This document shows positions 42,001-52,863 of a stretch of DNA of 64,000 bases, in pieces. Where the stretch lies: positions 1 through 64,000 of the forward strand of contig BROI01000018.1 of the NCBI GenBank assembly GCA_027923505.1. Reading direction: 5' to 3'. The translations under genes were made by a program, and so were the position numbers. Below the pieces are notes generated by a model. That model made no database searches and was not told the DNA's origin. It saw nothing but the letters and a program-made list of their open reading frames with translations. The DNA comes from Mayamaea pseudoterrestris. Lineage: Eukaryota. The stretch's first letter is position 1, and every line of letters begins with the position of its first letter.

Positions 42001-45000
42001 TTGTCACCAGTCCAGCCCGCAGTGCCGTGACTTCAAAGCCCTACAAGCAAGCCCTGTCATACCAGATTGTGGACAATTCGCTGCGCTACAAGATGGTAGT
42101 CTTGGCTGGTGTCTCAGGGGATGGCAATGTATTTGGTGACAACTTGTCACCAGTCTCAGCCCGCAGATGCCGTGACATTCAAATGCCCCTACAGCAAGCC
42201 CTGTAGGTGCCCAAAATACACCAGAATGGTGCCAACATCCTTATTCAGGCTGCGCTACAAGATGGTAGTCTTGGCTGGTGTCTCAGGGGATGGCAATGTA
42301 TTTGGTGACAACTTGTCACCAGTCTCAGCCCGCAGATGCCGTGACATTCAAATGCCCCTACAGCAAGCCCTGTAGGTGCCCAAAATACACCAGAGTGGTG
42401 CCAACATCCTTATTTAGGCTGCGCTACAAGATGGTAGTCTTGGCTGGTGACTCAGGGGATGGCAATGTATTTGGTGACAACTTGTCACCAGTCTCAGCCC
42501 GCAGATGCCGTGACATTCAAATGCCCCTACAGCAAGCCCTGTAGGTGCCCAAAATACTCCAGAATGTTGCCGACATCCTTATACAGGCTGCACTACAAGA
42601 TGGTAGTCTTGGCTGGTGTCTCAGGGGATGGCAATGTATTTTGTGACAACTTGTCACCAGTCTCAGCCCGCAGATGCCTTGACATTCAAACACCCCTACA
42701 GCAAGCCCTGTAGGTGCCCAAAATACAACAGAATGGTGCCAACATCATTTTTCAGGCTGCGCTACCAGATGGTAGGCTTGGCTGGTGTCTCAGGGGATGG
42801 CAATGTATTTGGTGACAACTTGTCACCAGTCTCAGCCCGCAGATGCCGTGACATTCAAATGCCCCTACAGCAAGCCCTGTAGGTGCCCAAAATACTCCAG
42901 AATGGTGCCAACTTCCTTATTCAGGCTGCGCTACAAGATGGTAGTCTTGGCTGGTGTCTCAGGGGATGGCAATGTATTTGGTGACAACTTGTCACCAGTC
43001 TCAGCCCGCAGATGCCGTGACATTCAAATGCCTTTACAGCAAGCCCTGTAGGTGCCCAAAATACACCAGATTGGTGTCAACATCATTATTCAGGCTGCGC
43101 TACAAGATGGTAGGCTTGGATGGTGTCTCAGGGGATGGCAATGTATTTGGTGACAACTTGTCACCAGTCTCAGCCCACAGATGCCGTGACATTCAAATGC
43201 CCTACAGCAAGCCCTGTAGGTGCCCAAAATACACCAGAATGGTGCCAACATCATTTTTCAGGCTGCGCTACAAACTGGTAGTCTTGGCTGGTGACTCAGG
43301 GGATGGCAATGTATTTGGTGACAACTTGTCACCAGTCTCAGCCCGCAGATGCCGTGACATTCAAATGCCCCTACAGCAAGCCCTGTAGGTGCCCAAAATA
43401 CACCAGAATGGTGCCAACATCATTATTCAGGCTGCGCTACAAGATGGTAGGCTTGGCTGGTGTCTCATGGGATGGCAATGTATTTGGTGACAACTTGTCA
43501 CCAGTCTCAGCCCGCAGATGCCGTGACATTCAAACACCCCTACAGCAAGCCCTGTAGGTGCCCAAAATACAACAGAATGGTGCCAACATCATTTATCAGG
43601 CTGCGCTACAAGATGGTAGGCTTGGCTGGTGTCTCAGGGGATGGCAATGTATTTAGTGACAACTTGTCACCAGTCTCAGCCCGCAGATGCCGTGACATTC
43701 AAACGCCCCTACAGCAAGCCCTGTAGGTGCCCAAAATACACCAGAATGGTGCCAACATCATTTTTCAGGCTGCGCTACAAGATGGTAGGCTTGGCTGGTG
43801 TCTCAGGGGATGGCAATGTATTTGGTGACAACTTGGCTGCGCTACAAGATGGTAGTCTTGGCTGGTGTCTCAGGGGATGGCAATGTATTTGGTGACAACT
43901 TGTCACCAGTCTCAGCCCGCAGATGCCGTGACATTCAAATGCCCCTACAGCAAGCCCTGTAGGTGCCCAAAATACACCAGAATGGTGCCAACATCCTTAT
44001 TCAGGCTGCGCTACAAGATGGTAGTCTTGGCTGGTGTCTCAGGGGATGGCAATGTATTTGGTGACAACTTGTCACCAGTCTCAGCCCGCAGATGCCGTGA
44101 CATTCAAATGCCCCTACAGCAAGCCCTGTAGGTGCCCAAAATACACCAGAGTGGTGCCAACATCCTTATTTAGGCTGCGCTACAAGATGGTAGTCTTGGC
44201 TGGTGACTCAGGGGATGGCAATGTATTTGGTGACAACTTGTCACCAGTCTCAGCCCGCAGATGCCGTGACATTCAAATGCCCCTACAGCAAGCCCTGTAG
44301 GTGCCCAAAATACTCCAGAATGTTGCCGACATCCTTATACAGGCTGCACTACAAGATGGTAGTCTTGGCTGGTGTCTCAGGGGATGGCAATGTATTTTGT
44401 GACAACTTGTCACCAGTCTCAGCCCGCAGATGCCTTGACATTCAAACACCCCTACAGCAAGCCCTGTAGGTGCCCAAAATACAACAGAATGGTGCCAACA
44501 TCATTTTTCAGGCTGCGCTACCAGATGGTAGGCTTGGCTGGTGTCTCAGGGGATGGCAATGTATTTGGTGACAACTTGTCACCAGTCTCAGCCCGCAGAT
44601 GCCGTGACATTCAAATGCCCCTACAGCAAGCCCTGTAGGTGCCCAAAATACTCCAGAATGGTGCCAACTTCCTTATTCAGGCTGCGCTACAAGATGGTAG
44701 TCTTGGCTGGTGTCTCAGGGGATGGCAATGTATTTGGTGACAACTTGTCACCAGTCTCAGCCCGCAGATGCCGTGACATTCAAATGCCTTTACAGCAAGC
44801 CCTGTAGGTGCCCAAAATACACCAGATTGGTGTCAACATCATTATTCAGGCTGCGCTACAAGATGGTAGGCTTGGATGGTGTCTCAGGGGATGGCAATGT
44901 ATTTGGTGACAACTTGTCACCAGTCTCAGCCCACAGATGCCGTGACATTCAAATGCCCTACAGCAAGCCCTGTAGGTGCCCAAAATACACCAGAATGGTG

Positions 45001-47041
45001 CCAACATCATTTTTCAGGCTGCGCTACAAACTGGTAGTCTTGGCTGGTGACTCAGGGGATGGCAATGTATTTGGTGACAACTTGTCACCAGTCTCAGCCC
45101 GCAGATGCCGTGACATTCAAATGCCCCTACAGCAAGCCCTGTAGGTGCCCAAAATACACCAGAATGGTGCCAACATCATTATTCAGGCTGCGCTACAAGA
45201 TGGTAGGCTTGGCTGGTGTCTCATGGGATGGCAATGTATTTGGTGACAACTTGTCACCAGTCTCAGCCCGCAGATGCCGTGACATTCAAACACCCCTACA
45301 GCAAGCCCTGTAGGTGCCCAAAATACAACAGAATGGTGCCAACATCATTTATCAGGCTGCGCTACAAGATGGTAGGCTTGGCTGGTGTCTCAGGGGATGG
45401 CAATGTATTTAGTGACAACTTGTCACCAGTCTCAGCCCGCAGATGCCGTGACATTCAAACGCCCCTACAGCAAGCCCTGTAGGTGCCCAAAATACACCAG
45501 AATGGTGCCAACATCATTTTTCAGGCTGCGCTACAAGATGGTAGGCTTGGCTGGTGTCTCAGGGGATGGCAATGTATTTGGTGACAACTTGTCACCAGTC
45601 TCAGCCCGCAGATGCCGTGACATTCAAATGCCTTTACAGCAAGCCCTGTAGGTGCCCAAAATACACCAGATTGGTGTCAACATCATTTTTATTCGTGCTG
45701 CGCTACAAGATGGTAGGCTTGGATGGTGTCTCAGGGGATGGCAATGTATTTGGTGACAACTTGTCACCAGTCTCAGCCCGCAGATGCCGTGACATTCAAA
45801 TGCCCCTACAGCAAGCCCTGTAGGTGCCCAAAATACACCAGAATGGTGCCAACATCATTATTCAGGCTGCGCTACAAGATGATAGGCTTGGCTGGTGTCT
45901 CAGGGGATGGCAATGTATTTGGTGACAACTTGTCACCAGTCTCAGCCCGCAGATGCTGTGACATTCAAACACCCCTACAGCCAACCCTTTAGGTGCCCAA
46001 AATACACCAGAATGGTGCCAACATCATTATTCAGGCTGCGCTACAAAATGGTAGGCTTGGCTGGTGTCTCAGGGGATGGCAATGTATTTGGTGACAACTT
46101 GTCACCAGTCTCAGCCCGCAGATGCCGTGACATTCAAATGCCCCTACAGCAAGCCCTGTAGGTGCCCAAAATACTCCAGAATGGTGCCAACATCCTTATT
46201 CTGGCTGCGCTACAAGATGGTAGTCTTGGCTGGTGACTCAGGGGATGGCAATGTATTTGGTGACAACTTGTCACCAGTCTCAGCCAGCAGATGCCATGAC
46301 ATTCAAATGCCCCTACAGCAAGCCCTGTAGGTGCCCAAAATACTCCAGAATGTTGCCGACATCCTTATACAGGCTGCACTACAAGATGGTAGTCTTTGCT
46401 GGTGACTCAGGGGATGGCAATGTATTTTGTGACAACTTGTCACCAGTCTCAGCCCGCAGATGCCTTGACATTCAAACACACCCCTACAGCAAGCCCTGTA
46501 GGTGCCCAAAATACAACAGAATGGTGCCAACATCATTTATCAGGCTGCGCTACCAGATGGTAGGCTTGGCTGGTGTCTCAGGGGATGGCAATGTATTCGG
46601 TGACAACTTGTCACCAGTCTCAGCCCGCAGATGCCGTGACATTCAAACACCCCTACAGCAAGCCCTGTAGGTGCCCAAAATACTCCAGAATGGTGCCAAC
46701 TTCCTTATTCAGGCTGCGCTACAAGATGGTAGTCTTGGCTGGTGTCTCAGGGGATGGCAATGTATTTGGTGACAACTTGTCACCAGTCTCAGCCCGCAGA
46801 TGCCGTGACACTCAAATGCCTTTACAGCAAGCCCTGTAGGTGCCCAAAATACACCAGATTGGTGTCAACATCATTATTCAGGCTGCGCTACAAGATGGTA
46901 GGCTTGGATGGTGTCTCAGGGGATGGCAATGTATTTGGTGACAACTTGTCACCAGTCTCAGCCCACAGATGCCGTGACATTCAAATGCCACTACAGCAAG
47001 CCCTGTAGGTGCCCAAAATACACCAGAATGGTGCCAACATC
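27100..47041. repeat. Satellite A block 3, about 118 copies, homogeneous core
   Basis: 169-bp period over about 20 kb, with a few phase breaks (33461, 43836) and degraded patches. Confidence 0.97.
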
Positions 47042-47519
47042 GGCCAGTCCTCTGTCCTAGCCGACATACCGGATTGCTGTCATCCAGCCCATCTAGGCAG
47101 CTAGCTAGTTGGAGAGACGAGTTGGTGTTAACAGGCAGTTTACTTGCCAGCCCCCCCCCAGGCCCAGTGTCGCTCCAACAGCGGTGAGGAGGGTGAAGCT
47201 TATGAGACTATCTAATGAAGTACTGGAACTGCTTGACTCGGATGTCTGCAGTTGACTTCGTGCAACAGAATGAGGAGACGAGAATCGACGTCGCGAGGCT
47301 TTCGCCGCCTCGAGTAGGTGCATGTGCTTCTTGGTGTTCAATTGTCCGGTGCGGTTTTCTTCCCCCTGCACCGGAATGACGGCCAGTCCTTTGTCCTAGC
47401 CGACATACCGGCTTGCTGTCATCCAGCCCATCTAGGCAGCTAGCTAGTTGGAGAGACGAGTTGGTGTTAACAGGCAGTTTACTTGCCAGCCCCCCCAGGC
47501 CCAGTGTCGCTCCAACAGC
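47041..47519 (-). repeat. Split direct repeats at the element 3' end: B1 47380-47519, spacer (putative A2) 47183-47379, B2 47041-47182
   Basis: Two ~140-bp near-identical copies (cggccagtcct...ctccaacagc) differing by a few substitutions and poly-C length. Confidence 0.9.
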
Positions 47520-47644
47520 CTCCCATTTCGGAGGAAGTCTGAGAAATCAGGCCACGACAAGTCTGGGTGGGAGCGAAGCGGGGAGGCACGAAGTGCGGGA
47601 AAGAAAGCGCGCGGGCGAGGGGCGCGAGACGGCGCGCGAGGAAA

Positions 47645-48784
47645 TTACATGAGTGGAACGAAATGGTTGGGAATAACATTAAAATGGCCGCCAGCGACCA
47701 TGAGTTGGGCGTAGTGGTGCATGGCGGGCAGGGCTTGAACGTGGAGGTAGCGGAGCATGGCATCGGAGTGCCAGCGACCAATGAGTCGGATGCGGTCGGA
47801 GTCCACGTTGGAGCAGAGTAGAGCTTGGGCGCCGCCCGCGCGAAGCGAGCGGGCGTTGATGTCGGTCGGAAGAATGCCCAGCGCGGGGCCGAGCAACACC
47901 ACGGTGTCGCGAAGGGCTGTGGTGATGTCGCCGGAGCGTAGCGCGTAGGGTTCGGGAAGGTAGACGGTGGCGAGCGGGGTAGTAGTGTCGGCCGCGTGTG
48001 CGCGGAGGTGAAGGAGGCGGCGAATGATTGCGCGAGTAGGGCAAAGGAGGGGGTCGCCCGTGACGCCGTGGGCGACGACCTCCCCGCGCGTACCATTCTT
48101 TTGGGTAGTGAAAGTCAGGCTGCAACCAGTGGAGCGTGCCATGTCGGCCGAGGTTGCAGTGGCGAGATCCCATCGACCGCCAGCGTGGAACAGCTGGACA
48201 TCGCAGAACCGAAACGGTTCGGAGTCGACTGTGACGCCAGTGTATTCGCCGGGGCGGAGGAGAAAGAAGTAGGCGATGGTAGTCATATCGGCGACGGCTT
48301 GGAGTAGAGGCGTGCCGGCCGGTGCGTGCGCAGCGTGGAGACACGAGCGCACTACTTGGATCGGGAGGGGCTTGACGCGATTCGGCGGCGGATCGGCGCG
48401 GCCAAAGTACTTGAGCAGGCGTTGGAGGCGAATGTCGATTTTGCCCGTGGCGTCGTACCGGATGTCGCGGGTCCCCATGAGGGCGAACGCCTGGCCGACG
48501 GCACGTAGGGCGTCATCCACGGTGCTAGCCCGGACGGGTCGACCGCGGGGTGCGATGTCGCCCGATCGATAGAGCTGCGCGAATACCAGTAGGGGTTGGA
48601 TTGGGTCGGAACAATGGGGCAGTGTGGGCGCCAATCCGTAGCGGGTGCAGAAGGCGGTCCAGCACTGCCAGGCGGTGTCGGCGGACCGGGCGGTGGAAGA
48701 AACGACGCCGTGTCGGACGCCGTACGCAACAAGGCGGAGCTGATCGCGGAGCTCATGGCGGGTCGCAGATGGCAGAGTGTCCAT
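47645..48784 (-). CDS. Tyrosine recombinase (YR) of the retrotransposon, 379 aa, uninterrupted
   Basis: Motifs FFLLRPGEY (Arg), FTTQKN (Lys), ARSLRAGGA (box II), IGRWHSDAMLRY (Trp, Tyr nucleophile). Confidence 0.9.
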   Translation of the reverse strand: MDTLPSATRHELRDQLRLVAYGVRHGVVSSTARSADTAWQCWTAFCTRYGLAPTLPHCSDPIQPLLVFAQLYRSGDIAPRGRPVRASTVDDALRAVGQAFALMGTRDIRYDATGKIDIRLQRLLKYFGRADPPPNRVKPLPIQVVRSCLHAAHAPAGTPLLQAVADMTTIAYFFLLRPGEYTGVTVDSEPFRFCDVQLFHAGGRWDLATATSADMARSTGCSLTFTTQKNGTRGEVVAHGVTGDPLLCPTRAIIRRLLHLRAHAADTTTPLATVYLPEPYALRSGDITTALRDTVVLLGPALGILPTDINARSLRAGGAQALLCSNVDSDRIRLIGRWHSDAMLRYLHVQALPAMHHYAQLMVAGGHFNVIPNHFVPLM

Positions 48785-49691
48785 GGGGAATCCTGTGGGT
48801 AAGTGGTGTTAAAGTGCGTGAGAAACTCATCGTCGGACAATTCCCAAAGGCGCGACGCGTCGTCGGCCATGACGTTACAGGGGCCCGGAATGTAGTCGTG
48901 TCGCGGGACATAGCGGTAGTGACGCTGGTGCCAACTTTGGAGGCGCAAGAGATACGCGGCTGGGCCGACGGTGGTCGTGGAGCCGCGTTGTTGCCAGCTG
49001 ACGGCGGCGACGTTGTCGTGGAGGCTGTGGATCGTGCGCTCGGCCACGTCCGCGAGCTGGGCGATGACGTCGTGGTGCGCCACGCTGCCGGCCAGTTCCA
49101 AGTCGCTGTTGGTGATGGTACCGTGGGGGTTGTCGCTGGACACCAGCTTGGACTGGATGCGTGGCGTGAAAGGGTGGCGCCACACGACGGGGCGCACCCG
49201 ACGATGCGAGTCGGTGAAGAACGCCGCGCCGCCCATGCCACGGCCGGCTGCATCCGTGGTGCCGGGAAGGCCCGTGGGCTGAGGGACCACTTCGAGAATG
49301 CGAGCAGGGCGCGCGGCGAGGCGACGTGCCACGACGCGAAAGTCGGCGAGAAAAGTGTGCACGGCGGGCTTCAGGCGAAGTCTCCCTGAGTGCTCGAGGG
49401 GGTGGCGAAAGGCCTCTTGTAGCAGACTGAAGAGTCCGCGTACGCCAGGCAAGGCGAGCGACATGGAGCGCAGCTCCCCCAATACCTTATGCCACGTTTT
49501 GCGGCCCACGCGGTGCTGCGTGGGAGGGATTGACTCGAGTATCGCGTGGAGACGCGCGAGGCGATGCGGCGGTAGCGTGATGGTGCCTGCGACCGTGTCG
49601 ATGTCCCACCCCAGTATGGTCTTCCGAGTGGACCACGCGCCGTCGCCTTTGCGTAACTTCTTTACCGAGATGGGTTCCTGTCGATGCGGAT
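48352..49691 (-). pseudogene. Reverse transcriptase C-terminus + RNase H of the YR retrotransposon (5' part missing)
   Basis: KTILGWDIDT (RT LG motif), TTDAAGRGMGG, TNSDLELAG, HDNVAAVSW and YIPGPCNVMADDASR give the DIRS-type RNase HI D-E-D-D residues; no YxDD, as the ORF is cut at the Copia junction. Confidence 0.85.
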
Positions 49692-52315
49692 GTATTCTTG
49701 ATGGTGCGCTTGACTCGTTCAAGTGGCGTATAGCCAAGATAGGGTCGAAGCGCTTGGTAGTCAGGTTCTTGTGGCATTATGCGTCGTGCATTGGCTTGGC
49801 GCGTCGTATCAGCCTGATTGCGATCGACATACTGCACCACACGTTCCACTGAGTTCATGTTGTTCCGGTAGGTGGCGTCGCCGAAGTCGTCCATGCGGGC
49901 GTCGACGAAACCATGGGCTTCTTCCAATTCGTCGAAGCGACGATTAAACTCAAGTTCTTCTTCGTTCCATTCATTATCCAATTCCGCCGGATCCCAAAGG
50001 GTGTCCGCAGAGAAAATGACCGTCGGATACATTTCCAACTCTGCGTCCGTCGGCGGACGCATATCCATACGAGGCAAGCCGTCGCGGATCGCCAAGGGGA
50101 TGGTCTTGCCACAACTGGTGACAATGGCTTGTGCTCCATTCTGGGAGCGAGCGACGTCGTCGATCAGATGGCCGAACGAACGAAGCTGCGATGGAGCATG
50201 AATGGATTCAGCGCCGTCGTACAAAGCATACTGGTTGAACTGACCGATAATGGGTCCAGTCCGAGTCTCAATCAATGCGACGCCAGTTCCGACTTGGAGG
50301 TCGCGAACCGTGTGGTCGCTCAAACCTGTCACGTTACACGTGTGGTTGGTAGTACTCAAGATTCTCATATCGCTTCCAGCGAGTCCACCGTTCGCACCGC
50401 CGTCAATCAGCGATCCTTGGCGGGTCTCGTTGCTGCGAGCTCGATTCACAGTGTAGCGCACCGATACCATTGCGCGGTACCGACGGCCGTCGCTTCCCAT
50501 AAACTCTTGCTGGGTGTTATTCGCAGCTTGAGTGCGAGACGACGCGGCGTTCGCAAGGAAAGATCTAATCATGTCATCCGGTGCACCTTGAGTGGCTGTC
50601 GTCGGGGCGATCGAGACAGCGTCATTCTGATACAAGATTGTACCAGGCACCGATGCAGCCGCTTGTGACTGCTGGTTATTCGCGCGGTTGCCATTGTTCG
50701 CGCGTCTTGTCGTGGCGGGTCTTGGGACGGCTTCGCGTCGAGCCATGAGCTGAGCGTATTCGTCCTCGTTAAGTCGGCCGAGTCGTTCATACGACATGTA
50801 AGACCAGGGGTTCTGCAACAACTGTTCAAAGTTCAGATAATCACCAGGGAATCGTTCCCGATGCGCTTGCGTACCGGCTGCTGGTAGTGGCGCGGAAGAG
50901 CCTCGTCCTCCGGAACCGCGGCTCACTTGGGAACCGCGTCCACCGTCTCGTCCACCACCGCGTCCGCCTTGTCCGCCGCGTCCTCCGCCGCGACCGGAAC
51001 CGCGTCCATTACCACGTCCTTGCCCGGAAGTGTTCGCGTTGTTCGCTTGGCGGTCGGCGTTCTTCTTGCCCTTATTCAACTTGGCGTTTTTGTTGTCGAC
51101 GCGCAGAGCCTGCTGCAACAACATGTCGAAAAGATAGTCATAATCTTCCGTTACGACGGCGTCTGGGTCACCGTTTGCACTGGTGATGCGTCGTCGTTCA
51201 AATAACAGGTGCTGGTCGAACGTCGTGCACGTGGGGCCGAATTCTTCGTCACCCTCCACTGCAGCTCGGAGCCAGTAGTACTTCTTCTTGTCATCCGTCA
51301 CTCCAGGACGGAACTCTTCGAGATTCTTCATGAGCTGTTCGATGTAGTTTAGGAACTTGTAGTGCCCTTTCGTCCAGGTCGAATCTAGGCGAATCGTCGC
51401 AAGCTTGGCTTGCAGTTCGTTCGCTTGGATGGTAGCTAACTCGCCGGAACCAAACTTGGTCGCGAGTTCGCGATAGACGCTCTGAGCGTCAGACTTGTCG
51501 CTGTACTTCATTAAGAGCGACTGGTATCCAGGGACTTCGAGGCAATTGCGAAACGCAGTGTACATGAAGATTTGCTGGTTCTCGAACTCTTCCTTCTCTT
51601 GTTCCGTGACTGGTACGTACTTGCTGTCGAGCACGTTAGAACAGCCATGGAGCTTGGCGATTGCCTTGGTAGACGCGCTCCAACTCAACCACGCGTGGGG
51701 ATGTTGGAACGTTTTGTAGTCCTTGTAATCTCGCTTCGTCTTGAGATTCGAGAAACGACCCTTGGCATCTTCTTCCTTTTCGGCCTTCTCGGCCTTCACA
51801 TTCTCATTTTCGAGTTGCTTGGCAAGTAGCTCGGCTTGCTTCTTCTTGGACTCGAGTACGTAGTATCCTTCTTCACGCTTCCGCGCGATTTCTTGTTCCG
51901 CGAGAACCGCTTGGTATCGCTCGAGCTTGCCTAAGTCCAGCAACGCCCATTTCTTGGTGTTCGGGGGTCCGTCGTGCATGGTAAACCATTCGCATGCATC
52001 GAGGATGAGGTTCACGTAGACTGGTGCTAGTGTCGTTTCGTATCGTTCTGGTGCGGCGGCTGCTTGCTCCTCGGCCGGTTCTTCGGCCGGCTCGTCGCCC
52101 GGCTGCGCATCGTCGGGTTGCGCGCCTTCTTCTTGCTCAGCGCCAGCTGGGATGGCGGCTCTGTCGACCCAGTAGGGGGCTTCAAGTTGCTCCTTGGTCA
52201 ATCTCAACATCTGGGTAGTGGTGGTTACATTCCAAAACAAGAACGCTTCTTGGATGTCTCGTCCGAAAACGTTCGTGCAGAGAAGCTGCAAAGCTTCCGC
52301 AGTAATCGCAACCAT
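49692..52315 (-). pseudogene. Copia gag-protease polyprotein, 3'-truncated (probable ATG 52315, MVAITAEALQ)
   Basis: Gag-like region, RGG-rich tract, protease SLIDGGANGGLAG; Copia sequence ends at ...ERVKRTIKNT and reads out of frame into the YR element (stop 49487). Confidence 0.85.
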
Positions 52316-52520
52316 GATAGTGAATACCTCGCTTTCCGCAAGTCCTTTCTTACACAACAACCGCTCTCAATGCAGTCGAGCCTTATACGATCCTGTTCTA
52401 CGCGCTCGTGCCAAGTATTCGGATTGACGACGCCGCAAGGAATCTGCTCTTTCTCTCTCAATTTCTCGATTCTTTTACTCTCTCTCTTTCGCACAGCTCT
52501 CTCAGGTCAAGACAAGCTAG

Positions 52521-52534
52521 CAAGACTGTTAATC
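52521..52534 (-). promoter_or_regulatory. Putative primer-binding site complementary to a tRNA-Asn(GUU) anticodon arm
   Basis: Minus strand reads LTR-CA|GATTAACAGTCTTG. Its complement CAAGA-CTGTTAA-TC looks like a 5-nt anticodon stem strand, a 7-nt loop with GTT, and the start of the 3' stem. Confidence 0.65.
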
Positions 52535-52863
52535 TGACACGATAATATCAGACGAACCTTTATTCCAGCGACTACAATGGACTCGGAGCGATCAACCTCT
52601 TCGTCCAGCGTAAAGCAAACAAACAAACTCAATTGCTAGAATAGTGCATGTTACTCGCTACTCTACTCGTGCGCTTCTTTCTCGTTCTCACTGGGTTCAC
52701 GGTCGAGGTTCACGCCTCGATCGTCAGCGATTTCACTCATGTATGTGAGGATTCGGTCACAAGTGTGACTCAACCCTGCACAGGATTAAATGCATACAAA
52801 ACACAGGTAGCTAACCGTCTTGTCATAAGACGCAGGTCAACTCAACTCAATAATATTGTGTCA
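52535..52863 (-). repeat. 5' LTR (329 bp) of the minus-strand Copia
   Basis: TGACAC...GTGTCA termini; reverse complement of 58047-58375 with two mismatches seen by eye. Confidence 0.93.

Larger units (their letters stand above)
47041..49691 (-). mobile_element. 5'-truncated tyrosine-recombinase retrotransposon (DIRS order, Ngaro/PAT-type split direct repeats)
   Basis: Overlapping RT-end/RNase H ORF and YR ORF on the minus strand, followed by a B-A-B terminal repeat arrangement; markedly GC-rich; no TSD seen at the satellite junction. Confidence 0.88.
49692..52863 (-). mobile_element. Ty1/Copia (CoDi-like) element, 5' half: LTR-PBS-gag-PR, truncated at the start of the integrase region
   Basis: LTR 52535-52863, PBS immediately inside it, long gag-pol ORF highly similar to the plus-strand copy at 52864-54742. 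Confidence 0.9.

Noticed and set aside
1..47041. Hundreds of 60-260 aa ORFs in the repeats as a tandem gene family
   Set aside because: Monomer lengths (11, 169, 181, 352) are not multiples of three, frames shift each copy, starts are mostly GTG/TTG, and there are no domains.
1..47041. CRISPR-like array
   Set aside because: No unique spacers between repeats, no cas genes, eukaryotic context.
47212..47218. ctaatga matching the flank after the 3' LTR (58376) as a TSD
   Set aside because: Not at an element boundary; the 58376 flank is explained as decayed satellite A.
47679..49852. Long alternative-frame and antisense ORFs over the YR element (e.g. 48550-49389 +, 47679-48344 -)
   Set aside because: Expected shadows of GC-rich coding sequence; no motifs.
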